Below are positions 18,263 to 28,311 of a DNA stretch of 64,000 nucleotides, piece after piece. Position 1 is the first letter of the stretch. Each line of letters starts with the position of its first letter. Location of the stretch: positions 64,001 through 128,000 of the forward strand of contig CAWHEU010000024.1 in the NCBI GenBank assembly GCA_963828465.1, written 5' to 3'. The stretch comes from an uncultured Acidobacteriota bacterium. Lineage in GTDB: Bacteria; Actinomycetota; Acidimicrobiia; Spongiisociales; ZC4RG35. The translations under genes were made by a program, and so were the position numbers. The notes beneath the pieces were generated by a model. The model did not search any database. It saw only the letters and a list, made by a program, of their open reading frames with translations, and was not told the origin of the DNA.

Positions 18263-20198
18263 GCTGTCCGATCACGACGAGCACCGCACCGGCTTCGACC
18301 TGATCGCCAGGGGCGCAATCGACCTCGTCCAAGATCCCGTCATGAGGCGCCCGGAGGGTGTGTTCCATCTTCATCGCCTCGAGCACCACGAGCACCTGAC
18401 CGGCCCTGACTCTGTCACCGACGCTCGCTTCGACCCTGACCACCCGCCCCGGCATCGGCGCATGCAGCGACCCGGGAGTCTCGACTGACTCGGGCGAAGG
18501 AAACCTGGGCAAGGCGTCGAGGCGAACCGGTGCCCGCTCGGAGTCGACATGGCGGACCTCGCCATACCTGGCCACCTCGAAGCTGTGGTCGAGTCCGTCG
18601 TGGCTGAGTTCGACCCGATCGGGCGTGATTTCGGTGACGTAGATGGGGCCGAGATCTTCGACGACTGGGGCGGGTGTGATCGAGTATCGGATCACGTGAG
18701 TTCCGTGATCGCCTCGATACACCCGCTCCTGATAGTTGCCGGGCCGATTACGCCAACCCGAGGGAATCGTCCTCAGCACCCGGAACCGGCCCCGATCGAA
18801 CTCCTGGTCGGCCAACGCCGCCGCCATCGCCGACAGGCGCTCGGTCTCCATGTCCGCGAGTGGCCGGCCGAGGTGCGTCGGGTCATGCCGTTCGAGGAAG
18901 TGTGTATCCATCGCCCCCGACCGGAACTCATCGTGTTCCAGGATCCGAACCAGTAGCTCGCGGTTGGTGACGGGACCATGGAGCTTCGCCCGGCGCAACG
19001 CCTGGGCCAGTGTCTCGACCGCACGGTCTCGGGTGGCGCCGTGGGCGATGATCTTGGCCAGCATGGGGTCGTAGAACATCGACACCATCGAGCCGTCCTC
19101 GACCCCGGAGTCGACCCGCAATCCGGGCAGACCGGGAACTTCGAACCGGTGGATCATCCCGGTGACCGGGAGGAAGTCGTGGCGGGGGTCCTCGGCGTAG
19201 AGCCTTGCTTCGATCGCATGTCCCGAGATGACTGGCTCGACGTCGATCGGGGCGCCGTCGGCGATTTCGATCTGGAGACGCACCAGGTCCAACCCGGTGA
19301 CCATCTCGGTGACGGGGTGTTCCACCTGGAGTCTCGTGTTCATCTCCAGGAAGTAGAAGTCGCCGTCCTGGAAGAGAAACTCCACCGTCCCCGCCCCGAC
19401 GTATCCCACCGCAGTAGCTGCCGCCACCGCTGTCTCACCCATCCGCTGGCGCAGGCTCTCGTCGATCGCGAGTGAGGGCGCCTCCTCGATGATCTTCTGA
19501 TGCCGCCGTTGGATCGAGCACTCCCGTTCGAAGAGGGAGATCACCCGGCCGTGACCGTCTCCGAGCACCTGGATCTCGATGTGACGTGCTGCCTGCAAAT
19601 ACTTCTCCAGAAAGACGGTGTCGTCGCCAAAGGACGAGGCCGCCTCCCTTCGCGCACCTTCGATCGCCTCGGTCAGACCCGAGGGATCGCCGACGATCCT
19701 CATCCCCTTACCCCCACCCCCGGCTGACGCCTTTACCAGTACCGGGTATCCGAGCCCTTCGGCGGCTGCCTCCGCCTCATCGTTCTCTGTGAGGTCGATG
19801 GCGCCGAGTGTGGGGACTCCTGCGGTCTCGACCAATGTCTTCGAGCGGAGCTTCGAGCCCATGACCTCGATTGCCTCCGGCGGCGGGCCGATCCAGGTCA
19901 GCCCCTCCTCCATGACGCGGCGTGCGAATTCGGCGTTCTCAGCCAGAAAGCCGTACCCGGGATGGATGGCGTCGGCCCCGCTCTGTTTGGCAGCTCCGAG
20001 TACGCCATCGATGTGCAGATAGGTTTCGGTGGGGGTCGAGCCGGGAAGGTTTACTGCATGATCTGCTTCGAGCACGTGCGGTTCGGTCGTGTCGGGATCC
20101 GAATGGATGGCGATCGTTTCGATGTCCATTTGACGACAGGTGCGGAACACGCGGCGGGCGATCTCACCGCGGTTGGCCACCAGAATTCTTCGGATCAT
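18246..20198 (-). CDS. Acyl-CoA carboxylase alpha subunit (biotin carboxylase plus biotin carrier)
   Basis: ILVANRGEIA, HPGYGFLAEN, GGGGKGMR, RECSIQRRHQK, EMNTRLQVEHPVTE and the EAMKM biotinylation motif. Confidence 0.93.
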   Translation of the reverse strand: MIRRILVANRGEIARRVFRTCRQMDIETIAIHSDPDTTEPHVLEADHAVNLPGSTPTETYLHIDGVLGAAKQSGADAIHPGYGFLAENAEFARRVMEEGLTWIGPPPEAIEVMGSKLRSKTLVETAGVPTLGAIDLTENDEAEAAAEGLGYPVLVKASAGGGGKGMRIVGDPSGLTEAIEGARREAASSFGDDTVFLEKYLQAARHIEIQVLGDGHGRVISLFERECSIQRRHQKIIEEAPSLAIDESLRQRMGETAVAAATAVGYVGAGTVEFLFQDGDFYFLEMNTRLQVEHPVTEMVTGLDLVRLQIEIADGAPIDVEPVISGHAIEARLYAEDPRHDFLPVTGMIHRFEVPGLPGLRVDSGVEDGSMVSMFYDPMLAKIIAHGATRDRAVETLAQALRRAKLHGPVTNRELLVRILEHDEFRSGAMDTHFLERHDPTHLGRPLADMETERLSAMAAALADQEFDRGRFRVLRTIPSGWRNRPGNYQERVYRGDHGTHVIRYSITPAPVVEDLGPIYVTEITPDRVELSHDGLDHSFEVARYGEVRHVDSERAPVRLDALPRFPSPESVETPGSLHAPMPGRVVRVEASVGDRVRAGQVLVVLEAMKMEHTLRAPHDGILDEVDCAPGDQVEAGAVLVVIGQPSTTG

Positions 20199-20282
20199 TC
20201 GCTCGATGAGCGTACCGGTGGAAACCATTTCACCCTCTGGAACGTCATATGCCTGTCGTCATAACTACGAGTTGAGGTCCAA

Positions 20283-20993
20283 ATGAGTGATACCCAGTTG
20301 ATGGAAAGACAGGATCGGGAGACGGTCGAGAGGCTTGAACCCGCTCCGAGACGCCGGAAGACCATCGTGCCGATTGCCATCGTCAGCGGCGTCGTCGCCC
20401 TCTTCGTCGTGATCGGGATCTGGGTGGTTTCCAGCCTCCAGGATCTGGTCGATGCAGTGCCGACACCGGGTGACCTGGCGGCCGTCTTCGAGCCGGAGCC
20501 GTATGAGGAGATCGGCCCGGTGGTCATCAGCTCGATCCGGGACATGTCCAATCTGACCACTGTGGAGACGGTCCAATACACGATCGTCGACAAGGGCACA
20601 GATCAGGGATGGCTGGAATGGGCCCGTGGTGACAGCCTTCAGTTGTTCGCCGTGGCGCGGATCGGCGCCGGCATCGATATGAGCGGTATCTCCGTGCAGA
20701 ACGTCTCATTGGATGACCAGGGCGTGGTCGAGATCACAGTCCCGGCTGCCGAGATCCAGTACGTGTCTGTCGACAACGAGGCAACCCAGATCCTCGATCG
20801 GGAGACCGGGCTGTTCACAAAGGGTGACCCCAGGCTCGAGACCGATGCACGTCAAGTAGCCGAAGAGGTCCTGGTTCAGGCCGCCGTAGATGATGGCGTT
20901 CTCGCCGACGCCGAGGCCAATGCTCGTCAGGTCTTGACCGACTTCCTGCTCGGCCTCGGATACCGCGATGTGGTGGTCGAGTTCGCCGGCTGA
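20283..20993 (+). CDS. DUF4230 domain membrane-anchored protein
   Basis: Single TM segment, then LTTVE, AGIDMS, ITVPAAEI and AEANARQVL..FL.GLGY..V.V.F. Confidence 0.78.
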   Translation: MSDTQLMERQDRETVERLEPAPRRRKTIVPIAIVSGVVALFVVIGIWVVSSLQDLVDAVPTPGDLAAVFEPEPYEEIGPVVISSIRDMSNLTTVETVQYTIVDKGTDQGWLEWARGDSLQLFAVARIGAGIDMSGISVQNVSLDDQGVVEITVPAAEIQYVSVDNEATQILDRETGLFTKGDPRLETDARQVAEEVLVQAAVDDGVLADAEANARQVLTDFLLGLGYRDVVVEFAG

Positions 20994-21011
20994 GGCTCGT
21001 AACCTCCCCGG

Positions 21012-21419
21012 GTGAAAAGCGAAGAGCTCACAGTTCAAACCGGGGGACATGGCGGCGTCTTCGACATCACGGCCCACATAGCGGGGTTCGCTTCGGGTCA
21101 GGGTGACGGGCTGCTCTCCGTTTTCGTTCCTCATGCCACGGCTGGTGTAGCCGTGATCGAGGTAGGCGCCGGGAGCGACGACGACCTGATCGCAGCCATC
21201 GACGATCTACTTCCTGCAGAGCAGGGCCGGTGGCGTCACGAGCACGGCAGTCCTGGACATGGTCGCGATCACGTGTTGCCGGCGTTCGTGTCGCCGAGCC
21301 TCACCATCCCGGTTGTCGCAGGCAGACCGACATTGGGCGTTTGGCAGTCGGTGGTGCTGGTCGACACCAATGTCGACAACCAGACCAGGAAGGTGCGCCT
21401 CTCCTTCATCGAAGGGTGA
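21012..21419 (+). CDS. yjbQ: YjbQ/UPF0047 family protein
   Basis: FVPHATAG, HEHGSPGHGRDH and LGVWQSVVLVD motifs. Confidence 0.88.
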   Translation: MKSEELTVQTGGHGGVFDITAHIAGFASGQGDGLLSVFVPHATAGVAVIEVGAGSDDDLIAAIDDLLPAEQGRWRHEHGSPGHGRDHVLPAFVSPSLTIPVVAGRPTLGVWQSVVLVDTNVDNQTRKVRLSFIEG

Positions 21420-21424
21420 CCGGC

Positions 21425-21910
21425 ATGACGCCAGCACTCGAGACCCGACGACTGCGGCTGACACCGCTCGACCCGTCGGACGCCGGCGAGATGGTGTCGG
21501 TCCTGGGCGACGACCAGCTCTACGTCTTCACAGGTGGCAGGCCGCCGACCCTGGCTGAGCTCGAAGAGAGATATCGGGCGCAATCGGCGGGATCGCCCTC
21601 CGAGGGCGAGACATGGCACAACTGGATCATCCGACTGGTCGAAGACGGGGCGGCGGTTGGGTTCGTGCAGGCAACTGTGACCGGTGAGGAAGCCGAGATC
21701 GCATGGCTGGTCGGCGTCGATTGGCAGGGCCGGGGCTTCGCTACCGAGGCTGCAACTGCGATGATCGAATGGCTCGCCGCTGGCGGGACACGGCGACTGG
21801 TCGCTCACATCCATCCCGACCATGCTGCCTCGGGAAAGGTGGCGGCTGCGCTCGGGTTGTTGCCGACCGGAGGGGTGGACTTCGACGGTGAGGAAATCTG
21901 GGAGGGTTGA
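21425..21910 (+). CDS. GNAT N-acetyltransferase (RimJ/RimL-like)
   Basis: LETRRLRLTPL, WQGRGFATEA and AHIHPDH.AS.KVA..LG motifs. Confidence 0.85.
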   Translation: MTPALETRRLRLTPLDPSDAGEMVSVLGDDQLYVFTGGRPPTLAELEERYRAQSAGSPSEGETWHNWIIRLVEDGAAVGFVQATVTGEEAEIAWLVGVDWQGRGFATEAATAMIEWLAAGGTRRLVAHIHPDHAASGKVAAALGLLPTGGVDFDGEEIWEG

Positions 21911-23510
21911 TCACATCCGAAAGACGCCGAAGCGATCAGTTCCCTTGACCTCGGCGGAATGGGTGGCAGAGAGGGCGATGCCGAGCACGTGTCGGGTGTC
22001 CCGGGGATCGATGAGCCCGTCATCCCGAACTCTCGCGGTCGAGAAGTAGGCCAACTCCTCGGCTTCGATCTGAGCTTCGACCTCTTTGCGTCGCTTCTCG
22101 TCTGCCTCTTCGTCGAAGGGCTCCCCCGCGGGATTCGGACGCCTGACGGGCGATGATCGACATCACGCCGGCGAGCTGGGTCGGCCCCATGACCGCCACC
22201 TTGTGGTTGGGATAGCCGAAGACGAATCGGGGGTCGTAGGACCGCCCCGACATCCCGTAGTTCCCGGCGCCATAGGAGACGCCGGCCATGAGAGCGATGT
22301 GGGGCACCTCGGAGTTGGCCACGGCATTCACCATCTTGGCGCCGTCCTTGATGATCCCCCGCTGCTCGTAGTCCTTGCCGACCATGTATCCGGTGGTGTT
22401 GTGGATGAAGAGAAGCGGAGTGTCGTAGCGGTTGCTGAGCTGGATGAACTCGGTGGCCTTCTGCGCCTCCTCGGAGAAGATCACGCCTTGCTGGTTGGCG
22501 ATCACGCCCACCGGGAAACCGTGGATGGATGCCCAGCCGGTCAGGATCGATGTGCCATAAACCGCCTTGTACTCCTCGAAGCGGGAGCCGTCGAGGGTCC
22601 GGGCCAGGATCTCTCTCATATCGAAAGGGACCCGGAGGTCGCTCGGGATCACGCCCAGGATGTCGTCGACTTCGTGAACCGGCTCGTCGGGGTCCTTGGT
22701 CGGCCCATAGCCGCGCTTGCGCCAGTTGAGATGGCTCACGATGTCACGGCCCATCCGGATCGCCTCGTGCTCGTCCTGAGCGAAGTAGTCGGAGAGACCC
22801 GAGACCTTGGAGTGCATCTCGGCCCCGCCGAGCTCCTCGTCGGTCGACTCCTCACCAGTAGCCATCTTCACGAGGGGCGGGCCGCCGAGGAACACCTTGG
22901 CCTGCTCCTTCACCATGACGGCGTAGTCGCACATTGCCGGGAAATAGGCGCCACCCGCCGTCGAGCTGCCGAACACGATGGCGATGGTCGGGATGCCCGC
23001 TTTGGAGAGACGGGTGAGGTTTCGGAACCACTTGCCTCCGACGATGAACACCTCGGCCTGGTCGGGGAGGTCGGCGCCGCCCGACTCGACCAGATTGATC
23101 AGGGGTAGCCGGTTCTCACCTGCGATGTCCATGATGCGAAGGGTCTTGGCCACCGAGTAACGGTTCATCGAGCCGGCCTGGCTGGTCGGGTCGTGGGCGA
23201 GGATGGCGCATTCCACCCCCTCCACCACGCCTATCCCGGTGACGACATTGGCCCCCAGGTTCTTGTCGGTGCCCCAGGCGGCCAGGGTCGAGAGCTCGAG
23301 GAATGGGGCGTCCAGGTCCAGAAGCAATTCGATGCGCTCCCGGGCCAGGAGCTTTCCGCGGTCCCGGTGACGCTTGATGTACTGCTCGCCTCCACCCTGT
23401 CGGGCCTTCTCCATGAGTTGTTCGAACTCGGCGAGCTTTTCCTCCATGGCGGCCCGATTGACCCGGTATTCATCCGACCGGGGATCGACTCTGGTGGGCA
23501 GGACCTGCAC
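21911..23510 (-). CDS. Acyl-CoA carboxylase beta subunit (carboxyl transferase), with an extra base in a homopolymer at about 22123-22127
   Basis: RGKLLARERIELLLD, ESGGADL, GGPPLVK, LGGAEMH and SYGAGNYGMSGR motifs. The conserved end DDGLIDPRDTR...FGVFRM* lies in the adjacent frame. Confidence 0.88.
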
Positions 23511-23555
23511 ATTCCTAATGTACGGCAACAAACATGGCGGACGGGGTGCTTTGAA

Positions 23556-24000
23556 ATGAAAGCGGCGGACTTCCAGGACCTGGTCGGGACCGAGATCGGG
23601 GTCAGTGAGTGGATGGAGATCACCCAGAGACCGGGTGGATGCCTTTGCTGACGCCACTGATGACCATCAGTGGATCCATGTCGATCGTGAACGGGCCGCG
23701 GCGAGCCCTTTCGGGGGGACCATCGCCCACGGGTTCCTCACCCTCTCCCTGACGGTTGCGTTGTCCGAACAGGTTCCGCTCGAGGTCGGATCCCCCCTGA
23801 TGGGCATCAACTATGGGCTGGAGAAGGTCCGTTTCCCCGCTCCGATCCCGGTGGGAACCCGGATCAGGGCCAGAGTCGGTCTTGTCTCGGTCACCGATGT
23901 CGAGGGTGGGATCCAGCTCAACCGTCAGGTCACGATCGAGGTCGAGGGCACCGAGAAGCCGGCCATGGTCGCCGAGACGGTCAGCCGGCTGTACTACTGA
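23556..24000 (+). CDS. MaoC family dehydratase, with a single-base indel at about 23628
   Basis: MKAADFQDLVGTEIGVSEWMEITQ joins DRVDAFADATDDHQWIHVD...IAHGFLTLSL...NYGLEKVRF in the next frame. Confidence 0.85.
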
Positions 24001-24020
24001 CCTCGAAGGCTGATTGGGAT

Positions 24021-24717
24021 CTAGCAGGCTTCGCCCGCCCCCGACCACGATCACCTCGCCGGTGATGTAGCTGGAGAGGGGTGTGAGGAGCCACCAGACT
24101 GTGTTGGCGATCTCGTCCGGGGTCCCCATCCGGTCGAGGGGGATCGAGTCGACCATCTTCTCCCGGATGTCCTCGGGGATGGCCATGCTCATCTCCGATG
24201 AGATCAGGCCCGGGGCCACTGCGTTGACCCGGACATGGGGGGCCAGAGACAGAGCCATGGCCCGGGTCATGCCGACCACCCCGCCCTTGGACATCGAGTA
24301 GTTGAACTGGCCGAAGTTGCCCAGATATGCCCGGGAGGCGATGTTGACGATGGATCCGCCGTCGGACATCAGAGGAGCCAACTCGGTCGTCAATCGATAG
24401 GTCGCCCCGAGATTGATCTCGAGAACGGCGGCGAAGTCCGCGTCTTTCAGATTGACCAACCGGGCGTCCCGGGTGATCCCGGCGTTGTTGACCAACCCGA
24501 GCAGGGGCGACCCTGATGCCTCGACCGCTTCGGTGACCAAACCCGGGCCTTCGATCGAGATCAGGTCGACCTGCACCGGGATGATCGACTCGGAGAGCGC
24601 CAGCTCGGGGGCGATGTCGACGCCGATGACGGTCAACGGACCGGTCGACGCCATCTTCTCGGCGATGGCCCTGCCGATACCACGTGCCGCCCCGGTGACA
24701 ACGATGGTCCCGTTCAT
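24021..24717 (-). CDS. SDR family oxidoreductase, FabG-like (3-oxoacyl reductase)
   Basis: TGAARGIG, NNAGITRD, YSMSK and VNAVAPG motifs. Homology ends at GGGRSL; a TAG at 24021-24023 is one base out of frame, so the stop was probably lost to an indel. Confidence 0.85.
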
Positions 24718-25088
24718 GCCAGCGTCTTCCCGATGTGGCCCGAACCGACCCTTATCAGCTCACCGTTGACGCTGCCGTCGTCGAGCAGGCGACGGGCCCA
24801 CCCTTCCGCCACCGAACGCTCCTCCTGGTCGAAGGCGACCACGTTCGCCGTCCATCCCTTGCGAGCTCCCTCCAGCGCGGCCGTGCGTGCAGCAGAGAGC
24901 AAACCGCAGGCGACCATCGCGTTCGCTGGTCCCCTTCTCCCCAGCAGGTCGTCCTGACGCACGACATAGACGATCGATTCCTCGCCCTGCGCCACCGACC
25001 GAGCCGCCTCGAACGCCCGGGTCAACTCGGCGAGGACCGAGGCCCAGTCCTCGTCGACGTCTTCGGCCCAATGGACCAACCCGCTCAC
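24714..25088 (-). CDS. Small degenerate SDR-like protein (C-terminal half only)
   Basis: GLLSAARTAALEGARKGWTANVV and VNGELIRV resemble SDR C-terminal elements. No GxxxGxG or YxxxK. Four-base overlaps with both neighbours. Confidence 0.6.
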   Translation of the reverse strand: MSGLVHWAEDVDEDWASVLAELTRAFEAARSVAQGEESIVYVVRQDDLLGRRGPANAMVACGLLSAARTAALEGARKGWTANVVAFDQEERSVAEGWARRLLDDGSVNGELIRVGSGHIGKTLA

Positions 25089-26269
25089 GAGACGACCGCG
25101 GTCCCGGACGCGACCATCTTCTCGATTGAGTCGGGATCTACCCCCGCCTCCCGCAGGATCGGCCGGGTGTGCTGGCCCAGAGTGGCAGGGGGGGAGGTGG
25201 CGCGGGCGGGCGCGCCGTCGATGTGGATCGGCGAACCGGTGGTCTTCACCGAGCCTGCCACGGGATGGTCGAACTCGACGATCATCTCGTTGTGCCGCGC
25301 CTGCGGGTCGGTCAACGCCTCGCTCAGGGTGAGGACGTGACCCACGGGAAGACCGGCCTCACCGAGCACGGTCACCCAGTGATCGGCCGTCTCCATCTTG
25401 AACACACTCGTGAGCTTCCTGGCAAGGGCGTCCCGTTTGGCCATCCGCATTTCGTTGCTCGGGTATGAATCCACCAGCTCGGGCAGACCGAGGCTGTCGG
25501 CCAGGACCCGGAAATGTCGATCCGAGACGACGGCCAGCGTGAAGTGCCCGTCGAGAGCTTCGAATACCTGACTGGGGGCGACGTAGGGGCTCGCCGTCCC
25601 CACCCTCTCCGGCTGCTTCCCTTCGGCAAAGGCAAGTGCGTTCCACGCCGACTGGACCGCGATCACACCGTCACGCAGCGAGACATCGATGTGCCTTCCC
25701 GATCGGGGCGTCTCCGCCAGTGCCGCCGAAATCGCCAGCGCTGCGTTGGTGCCTGCCACGTAGTCGCCGATCGTGGTGGCAGTTTTCATCGGCCTGTCTT
25801 TTGGACCGCCCGTGATCGAGATCATGCCGGCCTCACCCTGGAACACGATGTCGATCCCGGCTCGATTCGCGTAGGGGCCTTCGGCGCCGAAGGCGGAGAT
25901 CGAGGCGTATATGAGCGTCGGGTTCAACTCGTGCGAGCGACTGGCGCCGAACCCGAGTCGTTCGATTGCCCCATGTCTGAGGTTGTGGATCAGCACGTCG
26001 GCCTTCCGAACCAAGTTGTCGAGAACCCGTTTCGACAGCCAGTCCTTGGTGTCCAGGGCCAGGGACTCCTTGCCCCGGTTGACCGCCATGAAGAAGGCGG
26101 ACTCGCCGTCTTGATGAGGCCCGAACCCGCGCGACAGGTCCCCTTCGGGGGGCTCCACTTTCACCACCCGGGCTCCCAAGTCGGCGAGGAGCATGGCGGC
26201 GTAGGGCGCCGCGATCAGATTGCCGAACTCGATGACGAGGGTGCCATCGAGGGGCCCGACGTCAGACAC
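25085..26269 (-). CDS. CoA transferase family III (CaiB/BaiF)
   Basis: GPLDG, IAAPYA..LLADLGA.V.KVEPP.GD, NRGKES and GD..AG motifs. Confidence 0.92.
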   Translation of the reverse strand: MSDVGPLDGTLVIEFGNLIAAPYAAMLLADLGARVVKVEPPEGDLSRGFGPHQDGESAFFMAVNRGKESLALDTKDWLSKRVLDNLVRKADVLIHNLRHGAIERLGFGASRSHELNPTLIYASISAFGAEGPYANRAGIDIVFQGEAGMISITGGPKDRPMKTATTIGDYVAGTNAALAISAALAETPRSGRHIDVSLRDGVIAVQSAWNALAFAEGKQPERVGTASPYVAPSQVFEALDGHFTLAVVSDRHFRVLADSLGLPELVDSYPSNEMRMAKRDALARKLTSVFKMETADHWVTVLGEAGLPVGHVLTLSEALTDPQARHNEMIVEFDHPVAGSVKTTGSPIHIDGAPARATSPPATLGQHTRPILREAGVDPDSIEKMVASGTAVVS

Positions 26270-27473
26270 GCTCGATGACCGTGCTGATCCCCTGGCCCAC
26301 CCCGATGCACATCGTGGCTAGCCCGTAGCGGCCGCCCCGACGCACCAACTCATGGGTGAGGGTGGTGAGTATCCGTGCCCCGGAAGCCCCGAGTGGGTGC
26401 CCGATGGCGATCGCCCCGCCGTTGACGTTGACCCGCTCCTGATCGATCTCCAGCAATCGCATGCTGGCCACGGCCTGGGAGGCGAAGGCTTCGTTTATCT
26501 CGACCAGGTCGAGGTCGTCAGGACCGATCCCGGCTCGCTTCATCGCCTTCTCCGAAGCCGGCACCGGGCCGATCCCCATCACATCGGGGTGGACTCCCGC
26601 CGCGGCCGAAGACACGATCCGGGCCATCGGAGTCAGGCCATGGGTGGCCAACCCGGCGTCGGTCGCGAGAATCAGGGCAGCGGCCCCGTCGTTCATCGGC
26701 GATGAGTTGCCCGCCGTGACGGTCCCATCCTCCTTGAAGACGGGGGCGAGCTTGGCCAGTGCTTCCATCGAGGTGTCCGCCCTCGGCCCTTCATCAGCTT
26801 CGATCAACCTCGTCTCCCGGCGTCGGGAGTCGACGGGTGCCTCGATAGGCTCGATCTCGTCGTGGAAGCGACCAGCCGCGACCGCCGCCAGGGCCAACTG
26901 GTGACTGCGCAGCGCAAAGGCGTCCTGGTCCTCCCGACTGACGTCGTACTTGGCAGCAACAACCTCGGCAGTCATACCGAGTGTGATCGGCGGGTAGAGC
27001 TCGTTCATCCTCGGGTTGACCAGGCGCCAGCCGAGAACTGTGTCGACGATCTCGGGTGCGCCGGTGGCGAACGGGCGTTCTGGCTTCGTCATCACGTAGG
27101 GCGAGCGAGTCATCGACTCGGATCCTCCGACCAAGACGACGTCACCCCACCCGCCGGCAAGGGCGTGCGCCCCCGAGATCACCGCCTGCATCCCAGAGCC
27201 GCACAGCCGGTTGACTGTCGCTCCCGGGATCTCGATCGGGAGGCCGGCGAGGAGGCCGGCCATGCGGGCCACGTTGCGGTTGTCCTCACCCGCCTGGTTG
27301 GCCGCGCCCCAGTAGATGTCTTCGATCGCCATCGGGTCGAGATCGGGCTGGCGTCTCAGTGCTCCGGCGATGGCGTGGGCGGCCAGGTCGTCCGGCCTGA
27401 TCTGGGCGAGCTGCCCTCCGAGCTTGCCCATCGGAGTGCGACAGGCATCGACGATGTAGATGTCACCACTCAT
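26262..27473 (-). CDS. Thiolase (acetyl-CoA C-acyltransferase, PcaF/PaaJ-like)
   Basis: [32 protein letters not shown] and MCIGVGQG motifs. Confidence 0.93.
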   Translation of the reverse strand: MSGDIYIVDACRTPMGKLGGQLAQIRPDDLAAHAIAGALRRQPDLDPMAIEDIYWGAANQAGEDNRNVARMAGLLAGLPIEIPGATVNRLCGSGMQAVISGAHALAGGWGDVVLVGGSESMTRSPYVMTKPERPFATGAPEIVDTVLGWRLVNPRMNELYPPITLGMTAEVVAAKYDVSREDQDAFALRSHQLALAAVAAGRFHDEIEPIEAPVDSRRRETRLIEADEGPRADTSMEALAKLAPVFKEDGTVTAGNSSPMNDGAAALILATDAGLATHGLTPMARIVSSAAAGVHPDVMGIGPVPASEKAMKRAGIGPDDLDLVEINEAFASQAVASMRLLEIDQERVNVNGGAIAIGHPLGASGARILTTLTHELVRRGGRYGLATMCIGVGQGISTVIERV

Positions 27474-27504
27474 TCTCGATCCGTTCACATTCTCGCCAGT
27501 TGGT

Positions 27505-27540
27505 CCGGGTCGAATAGGGGGGAACCCCTATTTCACCCGG
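27505..27540. promoter_or_regulatory. Palindrome AATAGGGG-N4-CCCCTATT in a divergent promoter region
   Basis: CCGGGT..AATAGGGGGGAACCCCTATT..ACCCGG between the thiolase and a small ORF. Confidence 0.45.
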
Positions 27541-27580
27541 AATCTTGAAGCCGTATGTTCGGTTTAAAAGGACGATAGAG

Positions 27581-27673
27581 ATGAACGAGCCCCGCAGAGA
27601 CCCGATGAGCCTGGTGGCATACGCTCCGGCCGGGCTGCTCGTCCTCTACGTCCTGTTCCGCCTCATGTTCTGA
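27581..27673 (+). CDS. Putative 30-aa single-pass membrane protein
   Basis: AAAGGA RBS, then MNEPRRDPMSLVAYAPAGLLVLYVLFRLMF*. GC-rich third positions; below the ORF-track cutoff. Confidence 0.5.
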   Translation: MNEPRRDPMSLVAYAPAGLLVLYVLFRLMF

Positions 27674-27689
27674 GGGCTACGGTTGGCCA

Positions 27690-28250
27690 ATGGACCGACC
27701 AGACCTCCTCCCTTTCACCGAGTCCGACGAGGCAAACCGGCTGCTCGCCTCCGACGGGTTCGCCCTCCTCACCGGCATGCTGCTCGACCAGCAATTCCCC
27801 ATGGAGCGGGCCTTCTACGGCCCTCAGCTCCTCAAAGACCGCCTCGGTGTGGAACTCACCCCGGAAATCGTCGCCGCCACTCCCCTAGAGGACCTGGAGG
27901 TGATTTTTCGCGGGCCACCGGCCATCCACCGTTATCCGTCGTCGATGGCGAAGCGGACCCAGGAGCTGGCGCGGGCGGTGATCGATGACTATGACGGCAG
28001 GGCGGAGAACCTATGGGATACCGCCGTGGACGGCTCGGAGCTCCTGAGCCGTCTCCGGGCGCTACCTGGATTCGGGGCCGAGAAGTCCAGGATCTTCGTC
28101 GGCCTCCTCGGGAAACGTCTCGGAGTGCGGCCTGAAGGGTGGGAGGAGAAGGCAGCCGACTGGCCTTCGATCGCTGATGTGGCCAGTTTCGACGACGTGC
28201 TCGCCCTGCGAGAGAAGAAGAAGGCGATGAAGGCCGCCAAGCAGGCCTGA
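27690..28250 (+). CDS. HhH-GPD-type putative base excision repair protein (actinobacterial uncharacterised family)
   Basis: LL.GMLLDQQ.PMERAF.GP, PA.HRYP.SMA.R, the LPGFG.EK HhH motif and SIADV. Confidence 0.85.
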   Translation: MDRPDLLPFTESDEANRLLASDGFALLTGMLLDQQFPMERAFYGPQLLKDRLGVELTPEIVAATPLEDLEVIFRGPPAIHRYPSSMAKRTQELARAVIDDYDGRAENLWDTAVDGSELLSRLRALPGFGAEKSRIFVGLLGKRLGVRPEGWEEKAADWPSIADVASFDDVLALREKKKAMKAAKQA

Positions 28251-28311
28251 AGTTCTCAACCGCTCCCCCGTTCCTGCCGATAGGGGGGAGCAAGGGAACG
28301 GAAGGGTATCG

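Noticed and set aside
22120-22130. Programmed frameshift in the carboxyl transferase
   Set aside because: A simple G5 homopolymer with no slippery heptamer; the conserved C-terminus needs the corrected frame, so a sequencing error is more likely.
23620-24020. SDR C-terminal extension antisense to the MaoC gene
   Set aside because: Homology ends at GGGRSL and a stop sits one base out of frame; a lost stop is more likely than a true overlapping gene.
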